A stretch of DNA of 64,000 nt, taken from the NCBI GenBank assembly GCA_903813345.2, contig CAIIXF020000001.1, forward strand, positions 47,616,001-47,680,000, read 5' to 3'. Of the stretch, positions 62,902 through 64,000 are shown piece by piece. This DNA comes from Owenia fusiformis (Eukaryota). The translations under genes and the position numbers were made by a program. Within the stretch, counting starts at the first letter, position 1. Each line of letters starts with the position of its first letter. Below the pieces are notes generated by a model. The model saw nothing but the letters and a program-made list of their open reading frames with translations, did no database searches and had not been told where the DNA came from.

Positions 62902-64000
62902 TGTAATTGGAAACGAAACTGAAAATTAGCGAAAAAATGAAATGCAATAAGAAATTTTTGTTTTGTTTTTTTTCAACCTAGTTTTTTTCTAATGGAACTC
63001 AGACTAAATGTTTCTACATCTGTTCCTGGACCTACGCACCAAAGTGTAGGACACTTACTCGAGTCTCTAGCCAATACTTGGCTAGAGGGGATTTCATCTG
63101 GAATACTGTGAACTCTATTTGAAAAAAGCTGGCCGGGGTGTCATAAATTTATTAAATATTTTAAAAATCGCCAGATAAATAAATCATTAATCAAACCGGA
63201 CCCAGCCCGGCTCCTTGATGAGATATTACACGATTTCATCAGGATTTCGTCTAAAATTAAAACAAAATGGCTCCAAGAAAAATGGCGATGTTCAAAAACT
63301 GGACGAAATGTCGTTAACGTCTGACATTAGTAACTGGCTGTAAATTCTAAGTTAGCGATCCAGAAGATGTGAACTAATACACTGATCACTTTATGTGTGT
63401 TTTGGAATTTTTGGTGAGGTAATAAGACCAAAGCTCGCAATTCAAACTGTGATGTGGAAAAATGGCGGACATATGATTTCAAATTTTATGATTACGACAT
63501 GACCAGTTGTTCATGCAGAAATATATCTGTACTGGAAGGCCACGATACAGTGGCCTTAGAAGAAGGTAATAGGACACCTACAGTACAGGTATATTTTAGC
63601 TGAATCCTCCTTTAGGGAGTGAATTACTTCTGGTGTACCTTATGCACGGTCAGTTGCAGTTTCGCAAATCAACTTGTATTTGTTTCGAAGAATAACGAAA
63701 ACACTGATTTGGGCAAACTGCAATTGAGTGAGATAGTCTATGTTTACTCGAGTCTCTAGAAACTTCATTGATTTCGTATGTACTGTACTACACGCACCTA
63801 CACGCACCTAGAACTCATTTTTAATAAATTTTATAAATATTTTTAAGAATATTAATCATATTTAGGATGAAGCGTTGCTTGTCTGGATTTAGATATTTCA
63901 AAATTTCATTTCGGAGTTTCAACACATGGTGAAATTTTCTCGCTGTAGCTAAAAATGGCTTCCGGTTCTGGACGTGAATAACATTTGAAATTATTCTCGC

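Overview
AT-rich, intron-rich eukaryotic DNA, most likely from an invertebrate animal, densely packed with non-autonomous DNA transposons (9-bp-TSD Mutator-like MITEs, Tc1/mariner-like MITEs, Helentron/HINE-like elements) and tandem repeats. I reconstructed five protein-coding loci by hand. (1) An intronless orphan ORF (7488-8528, -). (2) A 4-exon secreted Cu/Zn superoxide dismutase fused to a chitin-binding peritrophin-A (CBM14) domain (11455-14514, -), with a candidate alternative membrane-anchor first exon at 22693-22840. (3) A large multi-exon J-domain (DnaJ) protein with a UIM, a 12-aa repeat array and a Q/N/G/Y-rich tail (28207-37539, +; 5' exon not found). (4) An intronless PLP-dependent alpha-oxoamine synthase (43809-45104, -) whose motifs match the bacterial quorum-sensing autoinducer synthases CqsA/LqsA rather than animal family members; it has a perfect Kozak start and a mitochondrial-presequence-like N-terminus. 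(5) BSDC1 (49641-57611, -; 5' exon not found). The standout is the CqsA-like gene, a candidate bacteria-to-animal transfer of an alpha-hydroxyketone autoinducer synthase. All homology calls come from recalled family motifs; no database searches were run.
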